Shown: piece by piece, positions 1-10,512 of the stretch
Layout: the number at the start of each line of letters is the position of its first letter
Position numbering within the stretch: the first letter of the stretch is position 1
Assembly: GCF_001194135.2 (NCBI RefSeq)
Contig: NC_068983.1
Location: 125,250,005-125,287,916 of the forward strand
Direction: 5' to 3'
Origin: Octopus bimaculoides
Taxonomy: Eukaryota
DNA length: 37,912 bases
Notes under the pieces: model-generated
Databases searched by the model: none
Seen by the model: only the letters and a program-made list of their open reading frames with translations
What the model was told of the DNA's origin: nothing
Position numbers and translations under genes: made by a program

Positions 1-344
1 ACCCAGGCCATACTGAGGCCTTTCTTCTTTCTGCGGCTGTCTTCAGTTATGGCTTTATTGATCAATAATTGATCTTTACAGCCGTATGAGCCCTTGCTGC
101 ATTCCTTCTGCTCTTCTGGAAACAGGTTGTTATTTTCCAGGTGCTTACTTAATCTCTGCGATATTATTGCAGTAAAGGCTTTGTAGATCGTAGTGAGACA
201 GGTTATAGGTCTATAGTTTTGTGGTTTCTCCGTTTCCGTGGATTTGGGGATTAAGATGGTTTTCCCTTTTGTGAGCCATTCAGGCATTGTCTCTGGATCT
301 GCTAGTATGTTGTTAAAGTTTCCCCCCAGCTTTTTATGCATTCC

Positions 345-345
<1 letters not shown>
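1..345 (-). mobile_element. R4/Dong-like non-LTR retrotransposon, 5'-truncated RT fragment (continues off the window edge)
   Basis: My minus-strand translation is uninterrupted: GMHKKLGGNFNNILADPETMPEWLTKGKTILIPKSTETEKPQNYRPITCLTTIYKAFTAIISQRLSKHLENNNLFPEEQKECSKGSYGCKDQLLINKAITEDSRRKKKGLSMAW. NYRPITCL, EQK-GC-DQLLIN and LSMAW are R4/Dong-type RT motifs. It begins directly at a (TAA)n tract. Confidence 0.88.
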
Positions 346-414
<69 letters not shown>

Positions 415-432
415 GTTATTATTATTATTATT
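346..432. repeat. (ATT)n/(TAA)n microsatellite
   Basis: Near-perfect trinucleotide tract between the Dong fragment and a SINE. Confidence 0.97.
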
Positions 433-434
433 AG

Positions 435-648
435 AAGGCGCTGAGTTGGCAGAATCCTTAGCGCGTTGGACGAAATGTTTAGCGGCATTTTCTCGTCGCT
501 ACATTCTGAATTCAAATTCTGCCGAGGTCGACATCCCTTGGGAGTCGATAAATTAAGTACCAGTGACGGTTTGCGGTCGATATAATCGACATACTCCCAA
601 CCAAAAGTTTTGCCCTTGTGGAAAAATTTGAAACCATTATTATTATCA
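435..648 (+). mobile_element. tRNA-derived SINE, family A (octopus OK-like), with (ATT)n tail
   Basis: A-box-like TGGCAGAATC, B-box-like GAATTCAAATTC, central GAGGTCGAC...GTCGATAAATTAAGTACCAG, then an ATT tail. Related copies at 652, 17040, 26818, 30575 and 35821. Confidence 0.8.
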
Positions 649-651
649 TAA

Positions 652-866
652 TGTGGCGATCTGGCACAATCGTTAGCAGGCCTGCCGAAGTGCTTCTAGG
701 TATGTCGCCGAATTCTGATTTCAAATTCCACAGAGGTAGACTTCACCTTTCATCTTTTCGGGGTCAATAAATTAAGTGCCAGTGAAACACTGGGTTCGAT
801 GTAATCGACTAATCTCCTCCCCACAAATTTCAGGCCTTATACCTTTGGTAAAACGGATTATTATTG
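652..866 (+). mobile_element. Second family A SINE, in tandem with the first
   Basis: GGCGATCTGGCACAATCGTTAGC head, GAGGTAGACTTCACCTTTCATCTTTTCGGGGTCAATAAATTAAGTGCCAG core, ATT tail. Confidence 0.8.
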
Positions 867-929
867 TATTTTACTTCTCAACAAGCTCTATATTTTTCTC
901 ACACATTCACTCCATATATCACTCCATAT

Positions 930-1215
930 ATATGATTTCTCTAGTTGTGTGTTTCATCGCTTGATCTTGAACTGCTACCATTAATATTGCCCTTTTTTAA
1001 ACATGCCCAGGATTTTGTTCCACATACGTCTTCAATAGTACACCAAAATTGGCCATGCAAAAGTTACTTTTCAATGTCTGACGTTCTCACTTTGTATTTC
1101 ATTCTTGTCCTTTTTCTCGAATTACTAGCTGTGTTTATTCACAGTCTTTAGCAGCTTGTTTCTTTACTGTTCGGTAAATATTCTACTAGGATTTTCTTTC
1201 TATCTGTACAAATTC
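930..1215 (-). mobile_element. R4/Dong-like LINE, degraded post-RT fragment
   Basis: Minus strand reads HGQFWCTIEDVCGTKSWACLKKGNI, then after a frameshift MVAVQDQAMKH. This matches the Dong/R4 LHGQF...SWxWLxxG...AAQDQAL region. Confidence 0.7.
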
Positions 1216-1229
1216 TTGTACAGATATTG

Positions 1230-1759
1230 AGCTTCTTCCAGCCTGGTCTCTACTCAAATACAAGCCTATGGATAAATTTCAGAACCCCCTGGACTGGCAG
1301 TGCTACCGTGTTGTTTTGTCTGTTCGAGATAAACACTACAGGCACGGAAGTGTGGTCAGTCGGACCTGCCCAAGATGTGTGCAGAGCGACGAAACAGTTC
1401 TGTACGCACTCGTCCATTGCCCGACCATATCCGATATATGGAGTTATGTCGAATACCTGCTGTCACGTAAAGGACGTGTTCGCTTGTCGGCTGATTCCAT
1501 CATGAGGAATGCACCACCGCCTTACTTTGGTCGGCAAGGGGATGCAATTTTCATCTGTCTCGTAGCTGTAGCGAAAGAGGTTGTGTGGTAGTCTAGACGG
1601 AAAGGGCTGAAGACAGATACTTCCCTCTTTAGCCCACCGCCAATCAACATTTTCAGATAGCATCTGGCAGAAGAGTGAAAGTTGAGAAAGAAGTCCTTAC
1701 TTCTAGCAAATTTGTGGAAAGGTGGGTGAAGGGTGGGTGATGCCTCAGAGAGAGAGAGT

Positions 1760-1804
<45 letters not shown>

Positions 1805-2145
1805 NNNNNNNNNNNNNNNNNNNNNNNNNNNNNNNNNNNNNNNNNNNNNNNNNNNNNNNNNNNNNNNNNNNNNNNNNNNNNNNNNNNNNNNNNNNNNNNN
1901 NNNNNNNNNNNNNAGGGGGGGGCTCTTGCCCAAGTGATCGGGGCGCTTGTGGATTTTTCGTGGGGGCTCCTTGAGTAGCTCTGAGTTGCTTGCCTCTTCT
2001 AGGATTTTTCATTTTTATATTTTTCATTGTTATCCACTTATTAGACGACACCTTATGTAACCCCACTTTGTTCTTCATGTTTTGTAATGTCCAACCTTAT
2101 TATTGTCGGCCCTTGTGGCTAGTAAAGAAAGAATTATTATCATTC
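1230..2145 (+). mobile_element. L1/Tx1-like LINE 3' end (zf-RVT C-terminus plus 3' UTR), interrupted by (AG)n and a gap
   Basis: ORF 1268-1591 has CPRC...ETVLYALVHCP (CxxC-ETxxH-C type zinc knuckle). The frame continues through stops to about 1740. The UTR ends GCCCTTGTGGCTAGTAAAGAAAGA followed by an ATT-like tail. Confidence 0.75.
1748..1804. repeat. (AG)n microsatellite running into an assembly gap
   Basis: Direct reading. Confidence 0.95.
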
Positions 2146-2379
2146 TTATCGTTATTATCATTAATATCAGTAGCCGTGATTTCGGCAAGCCACGTTTAAC
2201 CTCGCTCCGTGAAATTTGCGAAAAATATCACTCAAAACGTTTGTATCTAATTTTGAAATTTATACCATAGTCGAAATAAGTTAATTACTATTGATTGGTG
2301 TTGTTCCTGTGTTGTCTCCCACGACTGGGGGGACATCTCAATTTAATTTTGCTTTTATCATGCATATTTCCTTTTTCCA

Positions 2380-2833
2380 GCTATGGAGAAAACTTTTTCT
2401 CTACGCGGTGATGCACGTATGTGAAAGAGGGAGAGAGACTAAGGGACGCTACTAGATCATAATTTAAGAGGAAGTGAGCGCGACGAACTATGTCGTTTCT
2501 TTAAGAAAAATACAAGCAATGAACCTATTTTTAAGACGAGTAACGCTGAAATTCTTGACAGACCGGAATATTTCAAGAAAGAGCTCTTGAAAGACAATTC
2601 TGTCAACAGCAGCAAAAACAACAACAACAACAGCAACAGCTTTAACAACAGCTACAGCACCAAAATAACAGTTTGAAGTAGAACAGACAAGGAAAAGTGC
2701 GGAACCCAACAACACCAATGATAAAAGCGTGAACAAACAGAAGTCATCTGTGTATGATTTGACAAATAGCAATATCAACATAACGGAGACAATGTTCGAC
2801 ACAAATATATGCGACAACAACAATAGTAGCTGT

Positions 2834-2888
<55 letters not shown>

Positions 2889-3440
2889 GCAACAACAACA
2901 ACAATAACAACAACAAACACAATAACAACAACTGGTACAAATGTAGCAACGACGAAAGAAGAGACAAAAATCTCAATACAACGGTAGTTAAAATCATGAG
3001 CCTGCCTTTCGCTAGTGCCACCAGGTCCTTTTTTCAAAGTATAAACTTCTCTGAGGAAGAAATCAAAAAGGCCAGACAGTCGGTCGATTGAGAATCGCTA
3101 GCTATCGAACTTCACAGCACAGTGACGTATCGTGCAATTGGATTAATGGCGAGAAGTGTGGAAAGAGCCACCGAGGCTCAAATTCGGTAGGCATTAAGTT
3201 CCGTTTGGAACCTGGAAGTATGTATACAAAGAGGAAGTATTTGTGAAACAGTGGTTGTGAGTGAGATTTCAGCCAGACGAGAAAGCAAAATCTCACTCGC
3301 TAAAACCCTTGAGGAGATTATATTTATTGTTAGTTCCTTACTACTGCCTACTGAGAAATCGGTGACTTCCGACGGAACTTGGTAATATGTTTGTGGAAAC
3401 ACCCCAATGAGATCGTAGGTACGGACAAACCACCTATTCA
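2380..3440 (+). pseudogene. Degraded ORF1-like region of a second Tx1-like LINE copy, with N/S-rich trinucleotide tracts
   Basis: Stop-interrupted coding-like sequence directly upstream of an APE endonuclease remnant. (CAG/CAA)n at about 2815-2935 gives poly-S/N. The assignment is by position, not by a recognised domain. Confidence 0.45.
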
Positions 3441-3496
3441 CAAAAAACCGAGTAAATTTTCCTTCTCAATTTTATTTTTATTCTAACACTTTGGCC

Positions 3497-4158
3497 TTGC
3501 TCAGAATAATCAGTCTGAATGCAAATGACATTAGATGACGTTGAAATTCAGGCTCACCTGCTAAATGACAACTGGTCACTAAACGTTGATGTGACGGCCA
3601 TCGGTGAGGACAGAACGTCTGAACCGCAAGACTTGGAACCCATTTTCAGAGTCTATGAGATGTATGCATCTCCATGTCGTCTGGAAGCAGCAGATGGAGT
3701 CGCCGGGTTGTTCCTGAAAATCATGGAGCTGATGATATGGAACATCTTCCAGGATCCTGGAGGTAAGTTGGCGGTACGGGACGTGAACAGCAGCAGACAA
3801 CATGCTTCCAGGTCAAATTACTTCAGGCGTCTGGAATCATTTGTTGGAATATACTGAGCATTAGTTTTAGGGTCATCTAGATTGGGTATTCTGTAGGGAA
3901 GCAGATAAGGATAGCACAGGGTGTCCAAAATTTAAAATAGTTGACATCACAAACAATAAATTTGCGATTTGTATAGTCTACTTAGACTCCGTAGACAGGA
4001 ACCCGTTTACTGAGGCTCAACCCGTCTTTCACAGCACGCAAAGCAGTCAGAGACTAGATTAGTGAGTTAGTTAAGCGGATAATAAAAATAGAATCTATAA
4101 GTTTGAGCAAAGGACTAGCAGTAGAAAGAAATAGAGTAAAAGCAGCTCTAGTCAAGAA
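3497..4158 (+). pseudogene. L1/Tx1-like ORF2 N-terminus (APE endonuclease), degraded
   Basis: LRIISLNA, then after a frameshift AHLLND..SLNVDVTAIGE...YASPC...GVAGLFLK...IFQDPGGKLAV. These match APE motifs (SLNVxG, D-AxQE, GGVAV, DPEGR). Internal deletions, then LSKGLAVERNRVKAALVK. Confidence 0.75.
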
Positions 4159-6139
4159 GGGTGCTCTGTATTTTCTTCAGATGTCACTTCATCAAACATC
4201 TTTTCGTCCACATCTTTTAGTCTGACGTCTTTTTGCCCTATGAGTTTTTGTCCAACTATTTTGTATCCAATCTTAAATAAACTCTTTCGAAAACAAGGTC
4301 AAACATCTCTAATGATATATTTACAGAACTATAACGAACCTCGTTATAGGATCGTTATTATCGTTCTTTTTCCTTCTCTATTAACAGTTTTACTTTCTCT
4401 TTTTCCTTCTCTCTCTTAAGTATGATGCTCTGTATAGAGAGTGCTGCAAATCTGGTGGGCACATTTTAAATTTACCCATCCCAAAATGACAAAGTTCATA
4501 GTCTCGACCAAAATCCAAAGAAAAGTAGTTGACAGTTATTACATCTACGATTTTCATTGGAGTAATACAAAACTAGGTAAAAAAATACTGGAGATGTGAG
4601 AAAAGAAGGCTGTGCGAATTCCCATTGTAACGGAAACCAATGAGCTGAAAATTATTTATTTTTCTAGTGAGCACCTTCATCCAGCTGATGTACATTCGTT
4701 AAATGTTAGAAAAGCAGTTGCAGAAATAAAGCATGAAGTGGTAGAAAACATAGCTGCAAGTTCGCGTAGTATAATAGTGGCTAAGTTTACGTAGCTAACA
4801 GAAAATACTTGCTCTGAATTTCCTCGTTTGTCTCTACTTTCAAGGACTATTCAAAGCTTCCGACAAAAATTTTCTAGATTTCTCGCTAATCCAGGGCTAG
4901 AAATGGTTTTGAAATACCTGAAGAATATCGTAAACTTTATAATGGCTAACAGTTCCTGAGATACGATTCGGGAATCGAGGATAAACAGCGCATACTAGTA
5001 TTTACATCAGGAAGTGCTCTTTAGGATATAGCATCATATCTACATTGGGCATGTGCTGGAACGTTCAAAATTGTGCCAGAACAGTCGTTTCAACTGTTTA
5101 CCGTTCATGTACAAGTTAAACGTAGCAGTCTTCCATAGGTTTTGCATTACTGCCGAATAAAGCAAAGCAGACATAGGGATTATTTTTCGAGCAATTGAAA
5201 ATTATGGAACCTAATGCATATTTATTTGATCTCATGGCAGATTTTGAAGTTGCAGTTCATAAGGCATTTATTTGATCATTCCCTAATTCATCTATCATGG
5301 CATGTTTGTTTCATTTGAGCCAAAAAGTATTTCGAAAAATTACAGATTTAGAAAAATACGATAACGACTTTGAATTCTCTCTTAAAATTCGATGGTTTTC
5401 AGCATTAGCCTTCCTACCCGCTGAAGATGTCGATGAGGCCTATGAAGAATGAATAGACGATGCAGAAATACCTGCTGAATTCATCGGTTGCTTCGACTTG
5501 ACATACATAGGCGTTGTGAGAGGGTGTGGTGGTAGACGAAAGAGAAAACGACCTACATTCCCGATAGCTGTATAGAATGTTAACCAGCATATTCTTCAAG
5601 ATCTTCACAGAACAAATGTTACTGCAGGGGGCGGGGGTCATTCTGCGATAAATCGTTCGTCGGGTGGAGCACATTTGAATATTTGGAGATTTATAAACAT
5701 TTTGAAGGAAGAGGAGGGGTTCGTTCAAGGTAAAATGACTCAAATACTTCGAGGATGTCCGTGAAATTCATGTCCAACGTATCAAAGAATAACTGAACAC
5801 CTCAAAAGATTGTCCATTGAATATGGGTCAACAAGAGAAAATGATTTTTTGAAGATTGTGCCATATTGTTTGTATAAATCTTAAGTAATCATAATTCATT
5901 AGTTATATCTTATTACTGTTTAAAAATGACTTTGTTTTAAATACATTTTCCGACAGTACTTTACTTGAATCCTATGAATAAAATTCTCAATAATTATTTG
6001 ATTTTCATGTTCACCTTGTTTTCTAAAGAGTTTATTCAAAATTGGACAAAATGTTGTTGGACAAAAAAGTCATCGGACAAAAAGACGTGGATGAATCGAT
6101 ATTGAACAAAGTGACATCGGACGAAAAGGTGGGGGTCAC
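4159..6139 (+). mobile_element. Full-length MULE (Mutator-like) DNA transposon, about 1.98 kb, with a pseudogenised transposase
   Basis: Imperfect TIRs with TTTT-GTCC subrepeats at about 4159-4270 and 6040-6139. Perfect 9-bp TSD AGTCAAGAA at 4150-4158 and 6140-6148. Confidence 0.9.
4487..5883 (+). pseudogene. MULE transposase pseudogene (FLYWCH zinc finger plus MULE DDE domain)
   Basis: YWRCEK...EHLHP (FLYWCH); RILVF, GTFKIVP, FALLPNK; ADFEVA...ACLFHLSQ...ALAFLP...TYIG...PTFP...RTN...NIWRFI. Several stops and frameshifts. Confidence 0.88.
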
Positions 6140-6300
6140 AGTCAAGAAATCAGATGAGGTGTTGAGAAAAGGCATCGCGACCAATTCTTCTAGTCGAAAC
6201 ACGAAGGCTGCGTTATCTAACAAAGGCGCATGCTCGTGTACGTGAAAAGACAAAAGCTGATCAGTGGAACCGTATGGCACAGGCACCGCATCTTAGATAC
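6140..6300 (+). pseudogene. Continuation of the Tx1-like ORF2 beyond the MULE
   Basis: Removing the MULE and one TSD restores an in-frame LSKGLAVERNRVKAALVKKSDEVLRKG. Confidence 0.65.
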
Positions 6301-6469
6301 ACAATTCAATTTTAAGGTAATACGACAGGTACACACATCTTAATCCCAAACAAATGTGTTCCGCTAGGCAACAGTACTTTGCTCTACTGTTCGAGAGCAG
6401 CGCTTGGTCGAATCACAGAACGGACTTCACTTCCTACTCCAACAGATTGTTGCAACTCTCGGAGACGGA

Positions 6470-6714
6470 GAACGACCAGAGTGAGATTTCCGAGCTGTTG
6501 TACCTTCGTAATCACCATTAGACTTATCCAACTTTCTCTGAATCCTTTGCACTGTTTTCAGATTGAGACCCAAACACTCTGAAATGTTCCTATTGGACGT
6601 TCCAGCGCGAAAGCCAAGCAGTACAGAATGTCGTTTCCAAATTTCTGTCCGAGTGAATTGCACCATGGTGTGGTTTTTCTCTTTTTCTCACAAACGGTGT
6701 CCAACTGACCCTAC
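6470..6714 (-). mobile_element. Tc1/mariner-superfamily transposase 5' fragment (HTH region)
   Basis: ORF MVQFTRTEIWKRHSVLLGFRAGTSNRNISECLGLNLKTVQRIQRKL has the Tc1-like HTH pattern (GxSxxxIAxxLGxxxxTVxR). The 5' end is lost in a gap. Confidence 0.6.
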
Positions 6715-7449
6715 NNNNNNNNNNNNNNNNNNNNNNNNNNNNNNNNNNNNNNNNNNNNNNNNNNNNNNNNNNNNNNNNNNNNNNNNNNNNNNNNNNNNNN
6801 NNNNNNNNNNNNNNNNNNNNNNNNNNNNNNNNNNNNNNNNNNNNNNNNNNNNNNNNNNNNNNNNNNNNNNNNNNNNNNNNNNNNNNNNNNNNNNNNNNNN
6901 NNNNNNNNNNNNNNNNNNNNNNNNNNNNNNNNNNNNNNNNNNNNNNNNNNNNNNNNNNNNNNNNNNNNNNNNNNNNNNNNNNNNNNNNNNNNNNNNNNNN
7001 NNNNNNNNNNNNNNNNNNNNNNNNNNNNNNNNNNNNNNNNNNNNNNNNNNNNNNNNNNNNNNNNNNNNNNNNNNNNNNNNNNNNNNNNNNNNNNNNNNNN
7101 NNNNNNNNNNNNNNNNNNNNNNNNNNNNNNNNNNNNNNNNNNNNNNNNNNNNNNNNNNNNNNNNNNNNNNNNNNNNNNNNNNNNNNNNNNNNNNNNNNNN
7201 NNNNNNNNNNNNNNNNNNNNNNNNNNNNNNNNNNNNNNNNNNNNNNNNNNNNNNNNNNNNNNNNNNNNNNNNNNNNNNNNNNNNNNNNNNNNNNNNNNNN
7301 NNNNNNNNNNNNNNNNNNNNNNNNNNNNNNNNNNNNNNNNNNNNNNNNNNNNNNNNNNNNNNNNNNNNNNNNNNNNNNNNNNNNNNNNNNNNNNNNNNNN
7401 NNNNNNNNNNNNNNNNNNNNNNNATATGTACATGTATATTCTTGGATTT

Positions 7450-9720
7450 GTCACGCTAATTAGAATATTTAGGTAGAGTTAACAGTTGCCTCCCAATTAA
7501 ACGTTTTTATTTCTATATATGTATTGAAATGAATTAATTGCATGGATCTGGTATTTCTGAGTTTACATTGTATGATAGACAGAAATTTATGTTATAATTA
7601 ATTAATACTGTTATTTGATAATTGCCCGTTGTTATTGTAAGTAAGACAAAGGAAGTAATTAAATGAAAAGCTGTTTTCACGGTTGTTTGTCAGCATTACA
7701 ATCCAACGTTGATTTCCTTTGTGGAACATGATATGTAACGCATGCTATACAGAACAAGTAAAAAAGGGTAACAGAAATGAGCTACTGAGATTTATATAGT
7801 TCCTGTGTAGGGGTCAATTACACCATCTTTTTATAATCTTTGTAAAAGATTATAGAACTTTTGATAATAAAGTTACAGCGAATTCATTCAAGTTGTATAG
7901 TAAATTGTATATGACCTGTATAGATTTAATCATAATTTAGTGTGGAGTACGACAATTTTATAGAAGATTTGTTACATATTGGATAATATTTGTGATGTTT
8001 TGGAAAATAATATCTTTGGATTTTGAAGAATAGCTTAGGTAGGTTTTTAACACCAAGGGAGAAGGTTGGGGCAAACCTAATTACTTCGTGCTTTGTAGAT
8101 TCAGATTATTTAGACATATTATGTTGTGCATGTGTAAAGGATTTGCGTTTATTGTTGGGTCCTATTTCATTTGGTTTAATATGATTACCTAAAGGCTTAG
8201 TTTTCCTTATATTTTCCAGTGAGGCAACCATTTTAGTTGATTCAAAATTAGAATCAGAGTTGTCAGATAATTTTGTTTTAATTTTAGGATCTGGTATATA
8301 ATAAACTTCGTTGCTAAAGCCGCTTAATTTTAAGGCTTAATTATAGATAGGTGTGTGCGCATTGAATATTTCGTAACTAGCCGAAAGATTGGAAATCCTT
8401 ATCAATACAGTCGTGACTAAACTGTTAATGTTAGATTTAGAATGATTTGAGGAAATATTATATGTTGTATTATTTGATTGTGCTTACGGTAGGGTAATAA
8501 AGTATAGTTTTAAGATTTAATGTCACGTCCAGGAAGTTTACGACTTTAGTATTCCTATCATATACTATATTAAGATTAAATAATTATAAGAGGAATATTC
8601 TTAATGATTACTTTATTCTCTCTATCGCCGGTTTAGCTAATCCGTTAGTAGCAAGGAGTGCGTCATCCCTATATCAGATAAATACCATGCTAGAACTTAT
8701 ATAGTTTGTACTATAGACTTCGAAAGAAACATATGGAACCCATTTAAAGTATTTTACCAATATTAAATATAAAACCTCAACAACTCTCGCCTCCTATATA
8801 CATAATCAAAGATATAGTAATATTAATTTTAAAATATTGTGGTCTATAATAGCGAATACTCTCCCCAATAACGCTATTATGGATAAATTCTTAGATCGTA
8901 TGATTCAGGTACATTAAATAAATTTTCCGATACGCTTCATTCATTTACTCACAAATTTCATTGGACCTTCATGAAAATCCATAAAGCACGATTTGATAAA
9001 TAACAACCTTTGTATTCTAATTTCTCTTCTATCATTCATTGTTACCCAGAGTCATTCATAATTTCTTTAAGTTTCTGTTTTTCCATCATGCCTAACCAAG
9101 TTGATATAAAAATTGTGAGTATCTAACCCCATAACATATGACCAGCATTATGCAACCTTAAAAGAAATTTCCTTACTCTGTATTTTCTTTCGAAGCTTGC
9201 TCTCTATTTTCCTGAAGAAAGGGACATTGTCTATACTTGAATTATAAAATCTTACCAGGACAAATGGACTCCTGAAACGGCTGTAGAAATATCTCTAACC
9301 TGCTATTATAACTCGTTATATTTTTTCGAACTCTTAAAACAAATATATTGCTCTGGCTTTTAAATTCATCATTAAGTTTTCTAACATATAATTTTTGATT
9401 TTTAATTCTAAATTTTTAATTTTCGATAAGACTTTCTTATATTCGCTATATCACTCCACATATTGAATTTTTCTCGCTTATATTTTCATGTATATTCTTC
9501 TTTCATATATTTCACATTTCTATTATATTCTTAAACAAAACATTTGATATGTTCGGAGTGTCTTAATTTATTTGTGGTATTAATGTATATCATAAATGCA
9601 AAATAATTATCTAATACAACATAATTATCTAATTCTTTTTCTTCTTTAAATAATATTATTTACTAGCGTTTCGGGGTTCAAGCTGAACACTCCGAAGCAG
9701 TTCCATAATTTTTCGAAAGA
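7450..9720 (-). mobile_element. Penelope-like element, heavily degraded RT and probable GIY-YIG region
   Basis: Minus strand: YRDDAL (8662-8673), VNFLDVT (8522-8539), ISNLSASYEIFNAHTPIYN, EVIRFAPTF, FPKHHKYYPICNKSSIKLSYS. Many stops, so it is absent from the ORF track. A hammerhead half-motif lies at its 5' side. Confidence 0.75.
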
Positions 9721-10254
9721 AAATGCAATATAATTATATATATATATATATATATNNNNNNNNNNNNNNNNNNNNNNNNNNNNNNNNNNNNNNNNNNNNN
9801 NNNNNNNNNNNNNNNNNNNNNNNNNNNNNNNNNNNNNNNNNNNNNNNNNNNNNNNNNNNNNNNNNNNNNNNNNNNNNNNNNNNNNNNNNNNNNNNNNNNN
9901 NNNNNNNNNNNNNNNNNNNNNNNNNNNNNNNNNNNNNNNNNNNNNNNNNNNNNNNNNNNNNNNNNNNNNNNNNNNNNNNNNNNNNNNNNNNNNNNNNNNN
10001 NNNNNNNNNNNNNNNNNNNNNNNNNNNNNNNNNNNNNNNNNNNNNNNNNNNNNNNNNNNNNNNNNNNNNNNNNNNNNNNNNNNNNNNNNNNNNNNNNNNN
10101 NNNNNNNNNNNNNNNNNNNNNNNNNNNNNNNNNNNNNNNNNNNNNNNNNNNNNNNNNNNNNNNNNNNNNNNNNNNNNNNNNNNNNNNNNNNNNNNNNNNN
10201 NNNNNNNNNNNNNNNNNNNNNNNNNNNNNNNNNNNNNNNNNNNNNNAAGGTAAT

Positions 10255-10418
10255 AATTATTTAAAATTATAATACAGGGTATCAAGAGATACCACCACCC
10301 TGAACAAATAGCAGTCAAATCCTGACACTAAAACCATAATTGTGGTTTTAGTGTCAGGATTTGACTGCTATTTTTTCAGCGTGGTGGTATCTCTTGATAC
10401 CCTGTATTATAATTTTAA

Positions 10419-10424
<6 letters not shown>
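10255..10424. repeat. Long inverted repeat: 82-bp arms, 6-nt spacer, 2 mismatches
   Basis: 10255-10336 is the reverse complement of 10343-10424 except at two positions. It is followed by (TA)n. Confidence 0.95.
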
Positions 10425-10449
<25 letters not shown>

Positions 10450-10512
10450 CACCTACACGACGGGCTAATTTCAGTTTCGTCTACATATTCATTCACAAGG
10501 CTTTGATTGGCA
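10450..10512 (-). mobile_element. Family B SINE fragment
   Basis: CGACGGGCTAATTTCAGTTTCGTCTAC...CACAAGGCTTTG matches the copy at 33115-33165. Confidence 0.6.
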
